A DNA stretch of 64,000 nt from Actinomycetota bacterium (GCA_040757835.1 JBFLWJ010000002.1:127498-191497); one strand, 5' to 3'. Positions 39,021 to 49,041 are shown, counted from the stretch's first letter. A program made the numbers and translations. Notes: generated by a model not told the origin, from the sequence alone.

Positions 39021-39578
39021 TTACTCTCTTACATAAACATCCACCGCGGATTCCCCGTACTTCCGCCTCTCCCGGAAGTTCACTCCTTCAGGCGGACCCG
39101 GGGGCGAGCTCCGCAGTGGAGCCTCTATGATCACCACCGCCGACGGGGCAAGGAACCCGCCTTCGGCTAGACTTTTTAGCATCTTCTGCCGATAGTTCAC
39201 ATCAATTCTAAAGGGTGGGTCTATAAAAATCAAATTGTACGGCGCCGGGGGAGGCGAGGCTTTTCGCAGGTAATCGAGAATCTCGGCCCTCACCACCAGA
39301 CCCCTGTCCGCCATTCCAAGCATATCCAGATTTTCCTGAATAATACGGATGGGCGCACCGCCACGGTCCACGAAAACCGCCTCCTGCGCCCCCCGGCTCA
39401 ATGCCTCCAACCCCAGTGAGCCGCTCCCTGCGAACAGGTCGAGCACCCTTGCGCCCGCTGTCCTGTCAGAGAGCATGCTGAACACGGCCTCGCGCACGAA
39501 GTCCCTCATGGGTCGAGTGGCCCTGCCCCTGGGCGCCTTGATATGTCTCCCTTTTGCCTCTCCCGCTATTATCCTCAT
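39021..39578 (-). CDS. rsmD: 16S rRNA (guanine966-N2)-methyltransferase
   Basis: 'VLDLFAGSGSLGLEAL' SAM motif and 'DPPF' catalytic motif. Confidence 0.85.
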   Translation of the reverse strand: MRIIAGEAKGRHIKAPRGRATRPMRDFVREAVFSMLSDRTAGARVLDLFAGSGSLGLEALSRGAQEAVFVDRGGAPIRIIQENLDMLGMADRGLVVRAEILDYLRKASPPPAPYNLIFIDPPFRIDVNYRQKMLKSLAEGGFLAPSAVVIIEAPLRSSPPGPPEGVNFRERRKYGESAVDVYVRE

Positions 39579-39592
39579 GCCACCATTCTAAG

Positions 39593-39692
39593 GTATGGGG
39601 TCAGGCCCTGACATGTGACGTTTTCTGATAGCCGAAATGCTTAAATATCTGCATTTGCGGAAAATGTCACATGTCAGGGGCTGACCCCATAC
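39593..39692. repeat. ~100-bp near-perfect palindrome: 27-bp inverted-repeat arms (26/27 complementary) flanking a 46-bp AT-rich spacer
   Basis: Left arm GTATGGGGTCAGGCCCTGACATGTGAC (39593-39619). Right arm GTCACATGTCAGGGGCTGACCCCATAC (39666-39692). Spacer holds a nested AAATGC/GCATTT inverted repeat. Right arm overlaps the last codons of the sortase-like ORF. Left arm ends ~15 nt upstream of the rsmD start. Confidence 0.8.
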
Positions 39693-40504
39693 AGGGAGGC
39701 GCGCATGACGTAGCGGTAAGACGGGTGGAAGGTGGGCGAGGGCCTGCCGTTCTCGGCGCAGCAGACGAAGGCGGTCAATACCGCGCTGGCAGTGGGGTCC
39801 AGGATCCACATGGCCGTCTCCTCCACCACCTGGCCCTCGCTCCACCGGTAGCGGTATTCCCTGCCGCCGTAGTTGAGGGTTATCTCGTCGCCCTCCCGCA
39901 GGTCGAAGAGTCCGTTGAAGGGGAAGTCCACCTGTCCACTGGCGTGGGCCATGACCACGTAATTGCCCCTGCCGGGACGCCCGGTACCGGGATAATGCCC
40001 GACCCCGAACCCGATCACGCTGGCCACTCCCTGCGGGTCGTTTCCCTCTATTACCTCCCCCTGGAAAGAGAACGCCGGTATCTCCATGGTCACGCCGTCC
40101 CCTCGCGTAGTAAAGGCGACCACCACCTCGCCATCGAAGGCCGTTCCCCGCATGTCCTCGGCTATGCCTGGACCGAGGCGGAAGGTATAGGCGGTCTTGG
40201 GTGCGAGGAGTGTATCTGGCACGACCAGGCATTCAGACTCGCCGCTGACGGAGAAACCCACCGGCGGCTCGAAAGAGACCGCCCGGGACAGGCTGTCCAG
40301 ATCCATGGGACGGTCGAAGGAGAGTGCGATGGCGGTGTCCCTGCCCAAGCCATCCCCCCCACGGGGGGAATAGCGCATGAGCCGGGGCCCATCGGCGACC
40401 CCGTAGGCCATCGCCGGGGACACGGCGGGAAGCACCAGCGTCAGCATGCACGCCATCACCAGCATCGCCGTTACCCGCCTTAGAGCCTCTACTCCGCTCA
40501 TCAC
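39674..40504 (-). CDS. sortase-family transpeptidase (class E-like) with N-terminal membrane anchor and Ig-like domain
   Basis: C-terminal half aligns by pattern to SrtE: 'GxGH..GT..PG.GGN.V.A.H…F..L..L..GD.I……G..Y.YR…LTAFVCC…R' (His, Cys, Arg triad positions). N-terminal hydrophobic segment plus beta-rich Ig-like region. Confidence 0.5.
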   Translation of the reverse strand: MMSGVEALRRVTAMLVMACMLTLVLPAVSPAMAYGVADGPRLMRYSPRGGDGLGRDTAIALSFDRPMDLDSLSRAVSFEPPVGFSVSGESECLVVPDTLLAPKTAYTFRLGPGIAEDMRGTAFDGEVVVAFTTRGDGVTMEIPAFSFQGEVIEGNDPQGVASVIGFGVGHYPGTGRPGRGNYVVMAHASGQVDFPFNGLFDLREGDEITLNYGGREYRYRWSEGQVVEETAMWILDPTASAVLTAFVCCAENGRPSPTFHPSYRYVMRASLYGVSP

Positions 40505-40595
40505 GTCTCCCTCTGCTCCGCCTGGACGTCTCTATACAGGATACTAGCAGAAACACCGCGTATCCCGGGGGCCGGGGATCAAGGAGCGGATCCCC

Positions 40596-42740
40596 TCAGG
40601 CGTTGAAGAGCCATTCGAGGTTTTCCTGGAAGCGGTGGGCCACCTCCAGGCGCAGCAGCTGATGCTCGGGGCTGCTGAGGCGATGGTCCATTTCCACCAG
40701 CGCGAAGGCGTCCTCGCGCGCCCGCTGCAGCAGGCGGAAGTCGCGCGTGAGCCGGGCTACGCGCAGATCCGGCATGCCCGACTGGCGGGTGCCGAACAGG
40801 GAGCCCTCGCCGCGTATCTCCAGGTCGGCCTCGGCCAGCTTGAAACCGTCGGATATATCCGCGATGGCGCGCATGCGTTGCCTGGACTCTTCGCTGTCCC
40901 CATCGAAGACAAAGATGCTGTGAGAAGGGTGCTCCCCCCTTCCCACCCTGCCGCGCAACTGGTGGAGCTGGGAGAGACCGAAGCGGTCGGCGTTCTCCAC
41001 CAGCATGACCGTGGCATTGGCTATGTCTATCCCCACCTCGATGACGGTGGTCGACACGAGTAGCTCGATCTCGCCGTCCCGGAAAGAGGCCATGGCAGCG
41101 TCCTTGTCGGCTTTGGCCATCTGGCCGTGCAGCAGGCCGATGCAGACGCCGGGAAAGACCCTGGCCAGCTCCCTGGCCTCTTTCTCCGCCGCTTTGGCTT
41201 CGACGGCGGGGGACGCGTCCACCAGCGGACAGACCACGAATCCCTGGCGGCCGGCTGCCAGTTCCGCCCCCATGAGTTCGTAGGCGTCCTTCCTGCCGTC
41301 GGGGCCCACCACCATGGTGCGCGTTCCCGCCCTCCCCGCGGGGACCTCGTCCAGCACCGAGACCTCCAGGTCGCCGTAGAGGGTGAGCGACAGGGTACGG
41401 GGGATCGGCGTCGCGGTCATGATGAGTGTGTCCGGACAGGTGCCCTTCTCCTTGAGGAGCATGCGCTGGCGCAACCCGAAACGGTGCTGCTCGTCCACCA
41501 CCACCAGGCCCAGGCTCCTGAACTCAACGTCCCCGGATATGAGGGCATGGGTGCCTACCAGGATGTCGAGGGCGCCGCTGCGTGCCGACTCCAGTATCTC
41601 ACGGCGCCTGGCGGCGGCGGTGTTGCCGGTGAGCAACTCTACCCGTACCTGCAGCCCGTGGCCGAGCATGGAAGTTATGTTCGCGAAATGCTGTTCCGCC
41701 AGTACCTCGGTGGGGGCCATGATCGCCCCCTGGTGGCCGCTCTCGTGCGTCAGCAGCAACGCCAAGAGCGCCACCACCGTCTTTCCCGATCCCACCTCCC
41801 CCTCGAGCAGGCGGTTCATGGGATAAGGCCTGGCCATGTCCCCGCTTATCTCCTCGAAGGCCCTCTTCTGCGCCGCGGTCAAGGTGAACGGCAGGGAGTC
41901 CATCAACGCCTTCACGCCGCGACCGGGAGGGGCGTGGGTTATCCCGGGGGTGCCCGACTTGAGCCGCTGGCGGCGCAGCGCCAATGCCACCTGCATCACC
42001 AGAAGTTCGTCGTAGGCCATGCGCTGGCGGGCGCGATTGAGGCGGCCGGACGATCCCGGGAAATGCATCTCGCGCAGGGCCTGGGCGCGGTGGGGATACC
42101 CGTAACGGCACCTGAGCCCGTACGGGATGTGGTCGGGAAGGTCCCCGTACTGCTCGAGGGCGCGCATGATGAGACGGCGCAGCATGGCCGCGCTCATCTT
42201 CTGGGTGGCCGGGTGGAGGGGGATTATGCGCCCCGTATGTACCGTCTTCATGCCCACCTCCCCGGAGTCCTCCAGGATGTCGTAGGCGGGGTTCACCATC
42301 TGCAGGCGTCCGTAGCGGTACTGTACCCTCCCCGAGAAAGCCACCTCGGTTTCAGGCCGCAGCCGGTCGGAGTGATAGGGCTGATTGAACCACACGCCGT
42401 AGAGATATGCGGAGCCGTCGTAGATGGCCACGTGCAATATGCTGCGGTTACGGGAGATGCGGTTTAGCTCGGCGCTGCGCACCGTACCCACCACCGTCGT
42501 CTCCTCACCGATGCGCACGTCACCGATCCTGGACAGCTTGCGCCGGTCCAGGTAACGGCGGGGAAAGTGGTAGAGCAGGTCTTCCAGGGTGTGGATCTCC
42601 ATGGCGTGCAGGTGCCGCAGGAAGCTGCTGCCGATCCCGCTGACCACGCTCACTGGCCTTCTCAGCGCCTCCCAGTGGGCCTCCAGCTCCCAGGCGCGCC
42701 GCTCCACGGCTCCCGGCATGGCGTCACCCCGCCCCGACAT
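40596..42740 (-). CDS. recG: ATP-dependent DNA helicase RecG
   Basis: Wedge domain, helicase motifs I ('GEVGSGKT'), II ('VVDEQH') to VI, 714 aa. Confidence 0.9.
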   Translation of the reverse strand: MSGRGDAMPGAVERRAWELEAHWEALRRPVSVVSGIGSSFLRHLHAMEIHTLEDLLYHFPRRYLDRRKLSRIGDVRIGEETTVVGTVRSAELNRISRNRSILHVAIYDGSAYLYGVWFNQPYHSDRLRPETEVAFSGRVQYRYGRLQMVNPAYDILEDSGEVGMKTVHTGRIIPLHPATQKMSAAMLRRLIMRALEQYGDLPDHIPYGLRCRYGYPHRAQALREMHFPGSSGRLNRARQRMAYDELLVMQVALALRRQRLKSGTPGITHAPPGRGVKALMDSLPFTLTAAQKRAFEEISGDMARPYPMNRLLEGEVGSGKTVVALLALLLTHESGHQGAIMAPTEVLAEQHFANITSMLGHGLQVRVELLTGNTAAARRREILESARSGALDILVGTHALISGDVEFRSLGLVVVDEQHRFGLRQRMLLKEKGTCPDTLIMTATPIPRTLSLTLYGDLEVSVLDEVPAGRAGTRTMVVGPDGRKDAYELMGAELAAGRQGFVVCPLVDASPAVEAKAAEKEARELARVFPGVCIGLLHGQMAKADKDAAMASFRDGEIELLVSTTVIEVGIDIANATVMLVENADRFGLSQLHQLRGRVGRGEHPSHSIFVFDGDSEESRQRMRAIADISDGFKLAEADLEIRGEGSLFGTRQSGMPDLRVARLTRDFRLLQRAREDAFALVEMDHRLSSPEHQLLRLEVAHRFQENLEWLFNA

Positions 42741-42744
42741 GGGC

Positions 42745-44331
42745 CTATTCCACCCCGAAGATGTAGTGATAGACGGGCTGACCTCCGTCTATCACTTCCA
42801 CCTCCAGCCCCCTGTCCTCAAGCAACCCCACGAGCTCGGAATGGTCCAGGCCGTACGCTTCGTCGCCGATGACCATGCTCACGATCTCGTCGCCCTCGTC
42901 GAGCATGCTCTCGAGCAGCGTGCCCGCCGCCGCCAGCGGATCCTGCGCGGCCGACACTATATCGCCGCGGAAGAGGCCGATAAAGCTGCCTTTCTTTATC
43001 TTGCCCGGCTTACCCTTGCTGTCGCGCACCGCGACCGTCACCGCTCCGGTCTTCACCTTCTCCATGGCCTGGGTCATGCGCTCGTAGTTGCTCTCCATCT
43101 CGCCGCGGGCGTCATAGGCCACCATGGCGGCGAAGCCCTCCGCGATGGACACAGCCGGTATGACCAGGACTTCCTTCTCGGTGAGTTCCCGGGTCTGCTC
43201 CGCAGCCGGTATGATGTTCTTGTTATTGGGGACGAGCAGGACCTTCTCCTGAGCGATGCCCTCGATGGCGTCCAGCATCTCGGCGGTACTCGGGTTCATG
43301 CTCTGGCCGCCGTCCACGATGTGGTCCACGCCCATGGAGCGCAATATCTCCTTGATGCCGTCACCCACCGCCACCGCGATCACCCCGATAGGTTTCATCT
43401 CCCTGGCGGTGCGGCCGGCATCTAGGTCTTCCACCTGCAGCTTGAGGTCGGTGATCTCCACGTCGCTGAGGCGTCCGATGCTGGACGCCTCCTCGATCAC
43501 CCTGCCCAACTGGTCGGTATGGACGTGAACGCGGTAGAGCTTGTCGCCCCCGACCACCAGCACCGATCCCCCCAGCTCGTGGAGGTTCTCACGGAAACGC
43601 TCCGCCCGTGAGTCCTTGCAGTGCAGGATGAACTGGGCTTCGTAGCGAAAGTCCTCGACCTGGGGGCGCTCCAGGGCGACCGCCTGGCTGACCTCTTCCT
43701 CGATGACCTGCAGTTCCTCACCGGTGAGGTAAGCCAGGATGCCCTCGAAGATGGCCAGCAGGCCGCGCCCGCCGGCGTCCACCACGCCGGCCTCCTTGAG
43801 CACCGGCAGGAGCTCCGGGGTGTGCTCCAGGGTCTCCCTCGCCTTGAGCACCACCCCCGTGAACCACTCTTCCAGGTTCGTCTGGCCGTCCTTGCTTCGC
43901 GCGCCCTCCTCGGAAGCCTCCCTGACCACGGTGAGAATGGTCCCCTCCACCGGCTTCATGACCGCGCGGTATGCTACCTCGGAGCCCCGGATCAGCGCGC
44001 CCGCCATAACCTGCACGTCCACCGCTTCGCTCTCCGCGATGACCTCGGTCATGCCCTTGAGTATCTGGGAGAGCACCACGCCCGAGTTGCCCCGCGCCCC
44101 CATGAGCGAGCCGCGCGAGATGGCCTGGCAGACGGAAGGGATGTCCCGGCCCGGGGATGAGAGTATCGCTTCCTGCACCGCCTGCATGGTCAGGAGCATA
44201 TTTGTGCCGGTATCGCCGTCGGGCACCGGGAACACGTTCATGGCGTTGATCTCTTCCTTGTGGACCTTGAGGGCACCGATGGCCACTTCCATGAGACCGA
44301 CGAGATCCGCCGCCTCTAAACTCTCGACCAA
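42745..44331 (-). CDS. DAK2-domain fusion protein (YloV-like)
   Basis: N-terminal DAK2 domain ('DGDTGTNM') plus C-terminal DegV-like/DAK1-like domain, 528 aa. Conserved next to recG in Gram-positives. Confidence 0.85.
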   Translation of the reverse strand: MVESLEAADLVGLMEVAIGALKVHKEEINAMNVFPVPDGDTGTNMLLTMQAVQEAILSSPGRDIPSVCQAISRGSLMGARGNSGVVLSQILKGMTEVIAESEAVDVQVMAGALIRGSEVAYRAVMKPVEGTILTVVREASEEGARSKDGQTNLEEWFTGVVLKARETLEHTPELLPVLKEAGVVDAGGRGLLAIFEGILAYLTGEELQVIEEEVSQAVALERPQVEDFRYEAQFILHCKDSRAERFRENLHELGGSVLVVGGDKLYRVHVHTDQLGRVIEEASSIGRLSDVEITDLKLQVEDLDAGRTAREMKPIGVIAVAVGDGIKEILRSMGVDHIVDGGQSMNPSTAEMLDAIEGIAQEKVLLVPNNKNIIPAAEQTRELTEKEVLVIPAVSIAEGFAAMVAYDARGEMESNYERMTQAMEKVKTGAVTVAVRDSKGKPGKIKKGSFIGLFRGDIVSAAQDPLAAAGTLLESMLDEGDEIVSMVIGDEAYGLDHSELVGLLEDRGLEVEVIDGGQPVYHYIFGVE

Positions 44332-44348
44332 TTACCGCACCCCCATGT

Positions 44349-44711
44349 TCAGTTGACCCTGACGCCCTGGACGTGTACCTGCACCTCGTCAACTGTAAGC
44401 CCGGTGGAGCTTTCGACCATGTATTTGACCTGTTCGATGAGGTTGTGTGCGACCTCAGCGATGTTGATGCCGGCCTCCACGATAACGTAGAGGTCGAAAC
44501 TGAGAACGTCGTCGGATCGCTTCAGCCGCACGCCCTTCCGCAATGAATCCCTTCCCAGCAGCTCCGCCACACCCTCCTGGAAGCTCTGGCTGGCCATGCC
44601 CACGATGCCGTAACAGCGGGTGCAGGTAAGGCCGGCCAGATCGGCAAGGACATCGTCGCTGATGCTCACTTTTCCAAGGTCACCACGTGCGTTTTCCTTG
44701 TTCACCTTCAC
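44349..44711 (-). CDS. Asp23/Gls24-family envelope stress protein
   Basis: 120 aa Asp23 domain ('ISDDVLADLAGLT…GIVGM'). Confidence 0.8.
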   Translation of the reverse strand: MKVNKENARGDLGKVSISDDVLADLAGLTCTRCYGIVGMASQSFQEGVAELLGRDSLRKGVRLKRSDDVLSFDLYVIVEAGINIAEVAHNLIEQVKYMVESSTGLTVDEVQVHVQGVRVN

Positions 44712-44857
44712 TCCCCAGCTGTATCCGTAGACGCAGGATAGAATGATTATAGCAACCGCCGCCGACCATATACCATAATCCCGCCCCCGGAGAAAGGTAA
44801 CTTGTCTCGGCCTAGGCCTTCTGGTAACATACAGCCGTATGCTTTGAGGAGGTATAA

Positions 44858-45046
44858 ATGTCCAGGATATGCGAGGTATGCGGCAAGAAGCCCGGTTTCG
44901 GGTTCAACGTCAGCCATTCCCACCGCAAGACGAAGCGGCGGTGGAATCCCAACGTCCAGAAGATCCGGGTGATAACGGACGGCAAGCCAGGCCATATGAA
45001 CGTCTGCACCAAGTGCATGAAGGCCGGTAAGGTGGAGCGGCACTGA
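44858..45046 (+). CDS. rpmB: 50S ribosomal protein L28
   Basis: 62 aa, '[35 protein letters not shown]' L28 signature with zinc ribbon. Confidence 0.9.
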   Translation: MSRICEVCGKKPGFGFNVSHSHRKTKRRWNPNVQKIRVITDGKPGHMNVCTKCMKAGKVERH

Positions 45047-45061
45047 AATTCTGACTTACAG

Positions 45062-45097
45062 GGAGCGGGGACGAAACCGTCCCCGCTCCTCTTTTTT
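45062..45097 (+). terminator. rho-independent terminator after rpmB
   Basis: GGAGCGGGGACG-AAAC-CGTCCCCGCTCC followed by TCTTTTTT. Confidence 0.75.
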
Positions 45098-45159
45098 CCG
45101 GGCTGCGCGGCCCCCCGGTCAACGCCGGCGACGTGGCGCCCCCCGGGGCTTTGTCCGCC

Positions 45160-45756
45160 TCAGCTCTCCAGTTTCTTGTCCAGCTTCAGCTGCTCGGCTT
45201 CCTCCACCAGATCGTCGCCCTTGGCGCCGAGTTCCTCTATCTTCGTGTATTCCTCGCTCTCCATGAGCCCCATCAGGGCGGTGAGGTCGAAGTTCCCCGA
45301 CGCGGCCATGGCCGACAGGCTCTCGACCAGCATGCCGATGAGCGCACGTGTATAGCCGAGCTGCTCCATGTAGGCGTCTACGGCCTCTAGCATCAGGTTG
45401 GCGTACTCCTTGTAGTCCTCGACGCCGTCGAGCGCGAGGATCTTCTCGTACTCGCCCTGTGCCGCCTTGAGGCTGGCCTCCATGGAATCGAGGATCTCCT
45501 CGACCTGCGCCTGCATGGCCGCGCCGGCCTCGCCGGTGAGGGCGGACGGGTCACCCCCCATGGCCGAAGCCGTGAGGTCTCCCTGCATCGTCTGCAGCTC
45601 CTCCGCGGACAGCTGTACCTCCGACATGTAGTTGTCTCCGGACTTCATCAGGCTCTGCGCTTCTTCCTTGTTGGCGTCGCCCCCACAGCCTCCCAGCACG
45701 GACAGCATCGCCAGGGAGAGAGCGGCGACCAGGAAGACCACCAGACACTTTCTCAT
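45160..45756 (-). CDS. lipoprotein, unknown function
   Basis: Signal peptide with lipobox 'LGGC'. Acidic alpha-helical mature protein. Confidence 0.45.
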   Translation of the reverse strand: MRKCLVVFLVAALSLAMLSVLGGCGGDANKEEAQSLMKSGDNYMSEVQLSAEELQTMQGDLTASAMGGDPSALTGEAGAAMQAQVEEILDSMEASLKAAQGEYEKILALDGVEDYKEYANLMLEAVDAYMEQLGYTRALIGMLVESLSAMAASGNFDLTALMGLMESEEYTKIEELGAKGDDLVEEAEQLKLDKKLES

Positions 45757-45932
45757 TACCCTACCTCCTGTCAGATCGCTCGTCTTCGACTATCCAATTA
45801 CCTATATTCAACTCCTGCCCGGGCTTTTCCTTTACCCCGCCTGAGACGCCTCTCCCCACGCCCGTTCCCCACTACTCTATTACATGTAGGGTCCCGCGTA
45901 AAAGCGACGGCTCGCCCGCTCGCGCGCCGCGA

Positions 45933-46724
45933 TCAGGAAGCGGGGCGCGGGTACACCGGTCCGCTCCCCCCTCCTATATCCAGCGCGTGCTCCAGGGCCC
46001 GCGTGACATCCTTCTTGGCCTTGTCCGCGGCGGCCAGGGGACCGTGCCCCAGGGCCAGGTAGGCGGCGATAGCGGCGGAGAGCATGCAGCCGGTGCCATG
46101 GGTGTCCGCGGTGGCAACGGCGGGCGCGGCTAGGGCCACCATCACGGAGCCGTCGTAGAATATATCTACCGCCTGCGACGACCCCTCCAGGTGCCCGCCC
46201 TTGAGCAGCACGCAGGAGGGCCCCATGTCCATCAAGCTGGCCGCGGCTTCCTTCATCGCCTCCACGTCGGCGATCTCCCCGCCCAGGAGCAGCGAAGCCT
46301 CGGTGAGGTTGGGGGTAATCACCTCGGCGAGGGGGAAGAGCCTCTCCGCGATGGTCTCTATACCCCCGCCGTCCAGCAGGGAATGCCCGCTGGTGGAAAC
46401 GGCAACGGGGTCGACCACCAGCCGCGGGACGCGGCGGCTGCTCACCGCCTTAGCCACGGCATCGATGATGGCCCCGCTGGCGAGCATGCCGGTCTTCGCG
46501 CTCCTCACGTCGAAGTCCTCAAGCACCGCCTCCATCTGGGAGACGACCACCTCCGCGGGCAGGTCGAAGCGCGCGCTGACGCCCCGGGTGTTCTGGGAAG
46601 TGATGCTGGTGATGGCGCAAGTCCCGTGCACGCCCAGGACGTGAAAGGTCTTGATGTCGGCCTGGATGCCAGCCCCTCCCCCGGAATCGGAACCGGCGAT
46701 GGTCAGGGCTACCGGGATGCGCAT
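45933..46724 (-). CDS. thiD: hydroxymethylpyrimidine/phosphomethylpyrimidine kinase
   Basis: '[20 protein letters not shown]' ribokinase-fold ThiD signature. Start trimmed to internal Met. Confidence 0.85.
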   Translation of the reverse strand: MRIPVALTIAGSDSGGGAGIQADIKTFHVLGVHGTCAITSITSQNTRGVSARFDLPAEVVVSQMEAVLEDFDVRSAKTGMLASGAIIDAVAKAVSSRRVPRLVVDPVAVSTSGHSLLDGGGIETIAERLFPLAEVITPNLTEASLLLGGEIADVEAMKEAAASLMDMGPSCVLLKGGHLEGSSQAVDIFYDGSVMVALAAPAVATADTHGTGCMLSAAIAAYLALGHGPLAAADKAKKDVTRALEHALDIGGGSGPVYPRPAS

Positions 46725-46725
46725 C

Positions 46726-47706
46726 CTATCCCTCCTTGAAATGCTCGTAGCCCGAACGTCCGATATCGACGGGTCTCCCGGAGGCATCCAGTACCCGCAC
46801 CCCTTCTCCCGGTGTTATCCTGCCGATGGCGCTGAGGCCCAGTTCCGCCCGCAGGGCGTCCACCCTGCCTGGGTCCGCCACCAGGATGAGCTCGTAATCC
46901 TCTCCCCCGTAGAGAGCCGCGCCGGCAGCGTCCTCGCCCAGCTGCCGGGCTACATTGGTGGCGGGATCCGAGATGGGTATCTTCTCTAACATGACCTCTG
47001 CGCCCACCCCGCTCTCCTCGCAGATATGGCCAAGGTCCCGCAGGAGCCCGTCGCTTATATCGATGGCCGCCGTGGCGCCCAGTTCCCCCGCCCTCCTCCC
47101 CTCCTCCAGCCGGGGCCGGGGATAGAGGTGGCGCCGCGCGCACTCGTTGTCGCCGCCGTGCCCGTCCATCAGCCACCGCAATCCCAGGAAGGAGTCCCCC
47201 AGGGTGCCGGTGACCATGACCGTCTGCCCTTCCCTCGCGCCACCGCGGGTGAGAAAGGTCTCACCCGGGATGCGGCCCACTAGGGAGACGGAGATGAACA
47301 TGCCCGATGGCGAACGCACTATGTCCCCTCCCACCACACCGCACCCGAACTCATCGCCACAGTCACGGAGGCCGCGGTATAGCTCCTCCACCGCCTCCAC
47401 CTCTGTCTCCGCCGCCAGCCCCAGGACGACCAGGGCAAAGGCGGGGGGGCATCCCCCCATGGAGGCCAGATCCGAGACGTTTACCGCCAGGGCCTTATAG
47501 CCCAGGGAGTGCCAGGAGGTGTAAGAGGGGTCAAAATGCACCCCCTCCACCACCGCGTCTGCGGTATAGGCCCACAGACCGCCCGCCGGGGAGCGGAAGA
47601 CGGCGGTATCGTCACCGATGCCGCGCACCAAGCCATCGCGCCCGCCCTCGAGCATGCCGCGCAGGCGGGCGATGATCCCGAACTCTCCCTCATCGGCTAC
47701 GCGCAC
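46726..47706 (-). CDS. thiL: thiamine-monophosphate kinase
   Basis: 'GEFGIIARL…GIGDDTAV…[11 protein letters not shown]' AIR-synthase-related ThiL signature. Confidence 0.8.
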   Translation of the reverse strand: MRVADEGEFGIIARLRGMLEGGRDGLVRGIGDDTAVFRSPAGGLWAYTADAVVEGVHFDPSYTSWHSLGYKALAVNVSDLASMGGCPPAFALVVLGLAAETEVEAVEELYRGLRDCGDEFGCGVVGGDIVRSPSGMFISVSLVGRIPGETFLTRGGAREGQTVMVTGTLGDSFLGLRWLMDGHGGDNECARRHLYPRPRLEEGRRAGELGATAAIDISDGLLRDLGHICEESGVGAEVMLEKIPISDPATNVARQLGEDAAGAALYGGEDYELILVADPGRVDALRAELGLSAIGRITPGEGVRVLDASGRPVDIGRSGYEHFKEG

Positions 47707-47724
47707 GACCGCCTCCTGGATTCC

Positions 47725-49038
47725 TCAATCGCAGGCCGCGAGGTCCTCGCGCCCCAGGTACTCCGAGATGAAGCGCATGGCGCAGAAATCGCCGCACATG
47801 GTGCAGGCCTCCTCCCCCTCCACCTGCCGCTCGCCGAAGAGGCGCCGCGCCTTCACCGGGTCAAGGGCCAGCCGCAGCTGTTCCTCCCACCGCAGCCCTT
47901 TCCTGGCCATGCTCATGTACAGGTCCCACTCCCTCGCGCCCGGTACGCCACGAGCTATATCCGCGGCATGGGCGGCGATACGCGTGACGACGACCCCCTC
48001 GCGCACGTCCTCCGCGGTGGGCAGCCCCAGGTGCTCGCGCGGGGTCACGTAACAGAGGAAGTCCGCGCCGGCCATGGCGGCGACGGCCCCCCCGATGGCG
48101 GCCGCGATATGGTCGTAACCGGCGGCCACGTCAGTGACCAACGGCCCCAGCACGTAGAAAGGGGCGCCGCGGGTTATGCTCTTGGCCATGCGGATGTTCG
48201 CCTCCACCTGGTGCAGGGGGATATGCCCCGGTCCTTCCACCATGCACTGCACGCCGGCATCGCGGCAGCGCTTTACCAGCTCGCCCAGGACCACCAGCTC
48301 CGCCACCTGGGCGGCGTCGGTGGCGTCCTCGATGCAGCCCGGTCTCAGGCCGTCACCCAGGGACAGGGTGACCTCGTACCTGCGGGCGATCTCCAGCAGG
48401 CGCTCGAAATCGGAGTAGAGCGGGTTCTCCTCGCCGTGGTGCAGGATCCACCCCGCCAGGAAGGCGCCGCCGCGGCTGACGATGTCGGCGATGCGCGGGT
48501 TGGCCCTGAGGGCCTCGAGTACCCTCGCGGTCACCCCGCAGTGCACGGTGATGAAGTCCACGCCGGAGGCGCAGTGGTCCTCGATGGCGCGGAACATGTC
48601 GTCCGGGGTCATCCTGACTACGCTCCCTTTTTCGTCCAGGGCACGCACCGCCGCCTGGTAGATGGGGACGGAGCCCACGGGTATGGGGGAGTTCGCGACG
48701 ACGGCGTCCCTGACCTTGTCTATGGGGCCGCCCGTGGAGAGGTCCATCACCGCGTCGGCGCCGGCTTCCACCGCGGCCCGCAGCTTCACCAGCTCGTCCT
48801 CGATGCCGGTGTAGTCGCTGGAGGTGCCGATGTTGGCGTTGACCTTGGTACGCGAGCCTCCCCCGACTATGCAGGGACGCCCCATCTCGCGGGTGGCGTT
48901 GCAGGGGACCACCGCGGTTCCCTCCAGCATCGCCTCCACCAAAGCGCCGCGGTCCAGTCCCTCGGCGGCTGCCAGCTCGTCCAGGAAGGGCGGCACGTTC
49001 CCCCGCCGTAATTCCTCCAGTAAAGTGTTCCTGCTCAT
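47725..49038 (-). CDS. thiC: phosphomethylpyrimidine synthase
   Basis: 437 aa with C-terminal 'CTMCGDFCAMR' radical-SAM-type ThiC motif. Confidence 0.95.
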   Translation of the reverse strand: MSRNTLLEELRRGNVPPFLDELAAAEGLDRGALVEAMLEGTAVVPCNATREMGRPCIVGGGSRTKVNANIGTSSDYTGIEDELVKLRAAVEAGADAVMDLSTGGPIDKVRDAVVANSPIPVGSVPIYQAAVRALDEKGSVVRMTPDDMFRAIEDHCASGVDFITVHCGVTARVLEALRANPRIADIVSRGGAFLAGWILHHGEENPLYSDFERLLEIARRYEVTLSLGDGLRPGCIEDATDAAQVAELVVLGELVKRCRDAGVQCMVEGPGHIPLHQVEANIRMAKSITRGAPFYVLGPLVTDVAAGYDHIAAAIGGAVAAMAGADFLCYVTPREHLGLPTAEDVREGVVVTRIAAHAADIARGVPGAREWDLYMSMARKGLRWEEQLRLALDPVKARRLFGERQVEGEEACTMCGDFCAMRFISEYLGREDLAACD

Positions 49039-49041
49039 CCG

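Noticed and set aside
12628-39023. Possibility that TAA is reassigned as a sense codon, prompted by the two in-frame TAA cases
   Set aside because: pyrH and rsmD end cleanly at TAA with proteins of normal length. No other ORF in the window needs TAA readthrough.
44349-45046. Possible toxin–antitoxin-like pairing of small genes around rpmB
   Set aside because: Asp23 and L28 are both confidently identified housekeeping/stress proteins.
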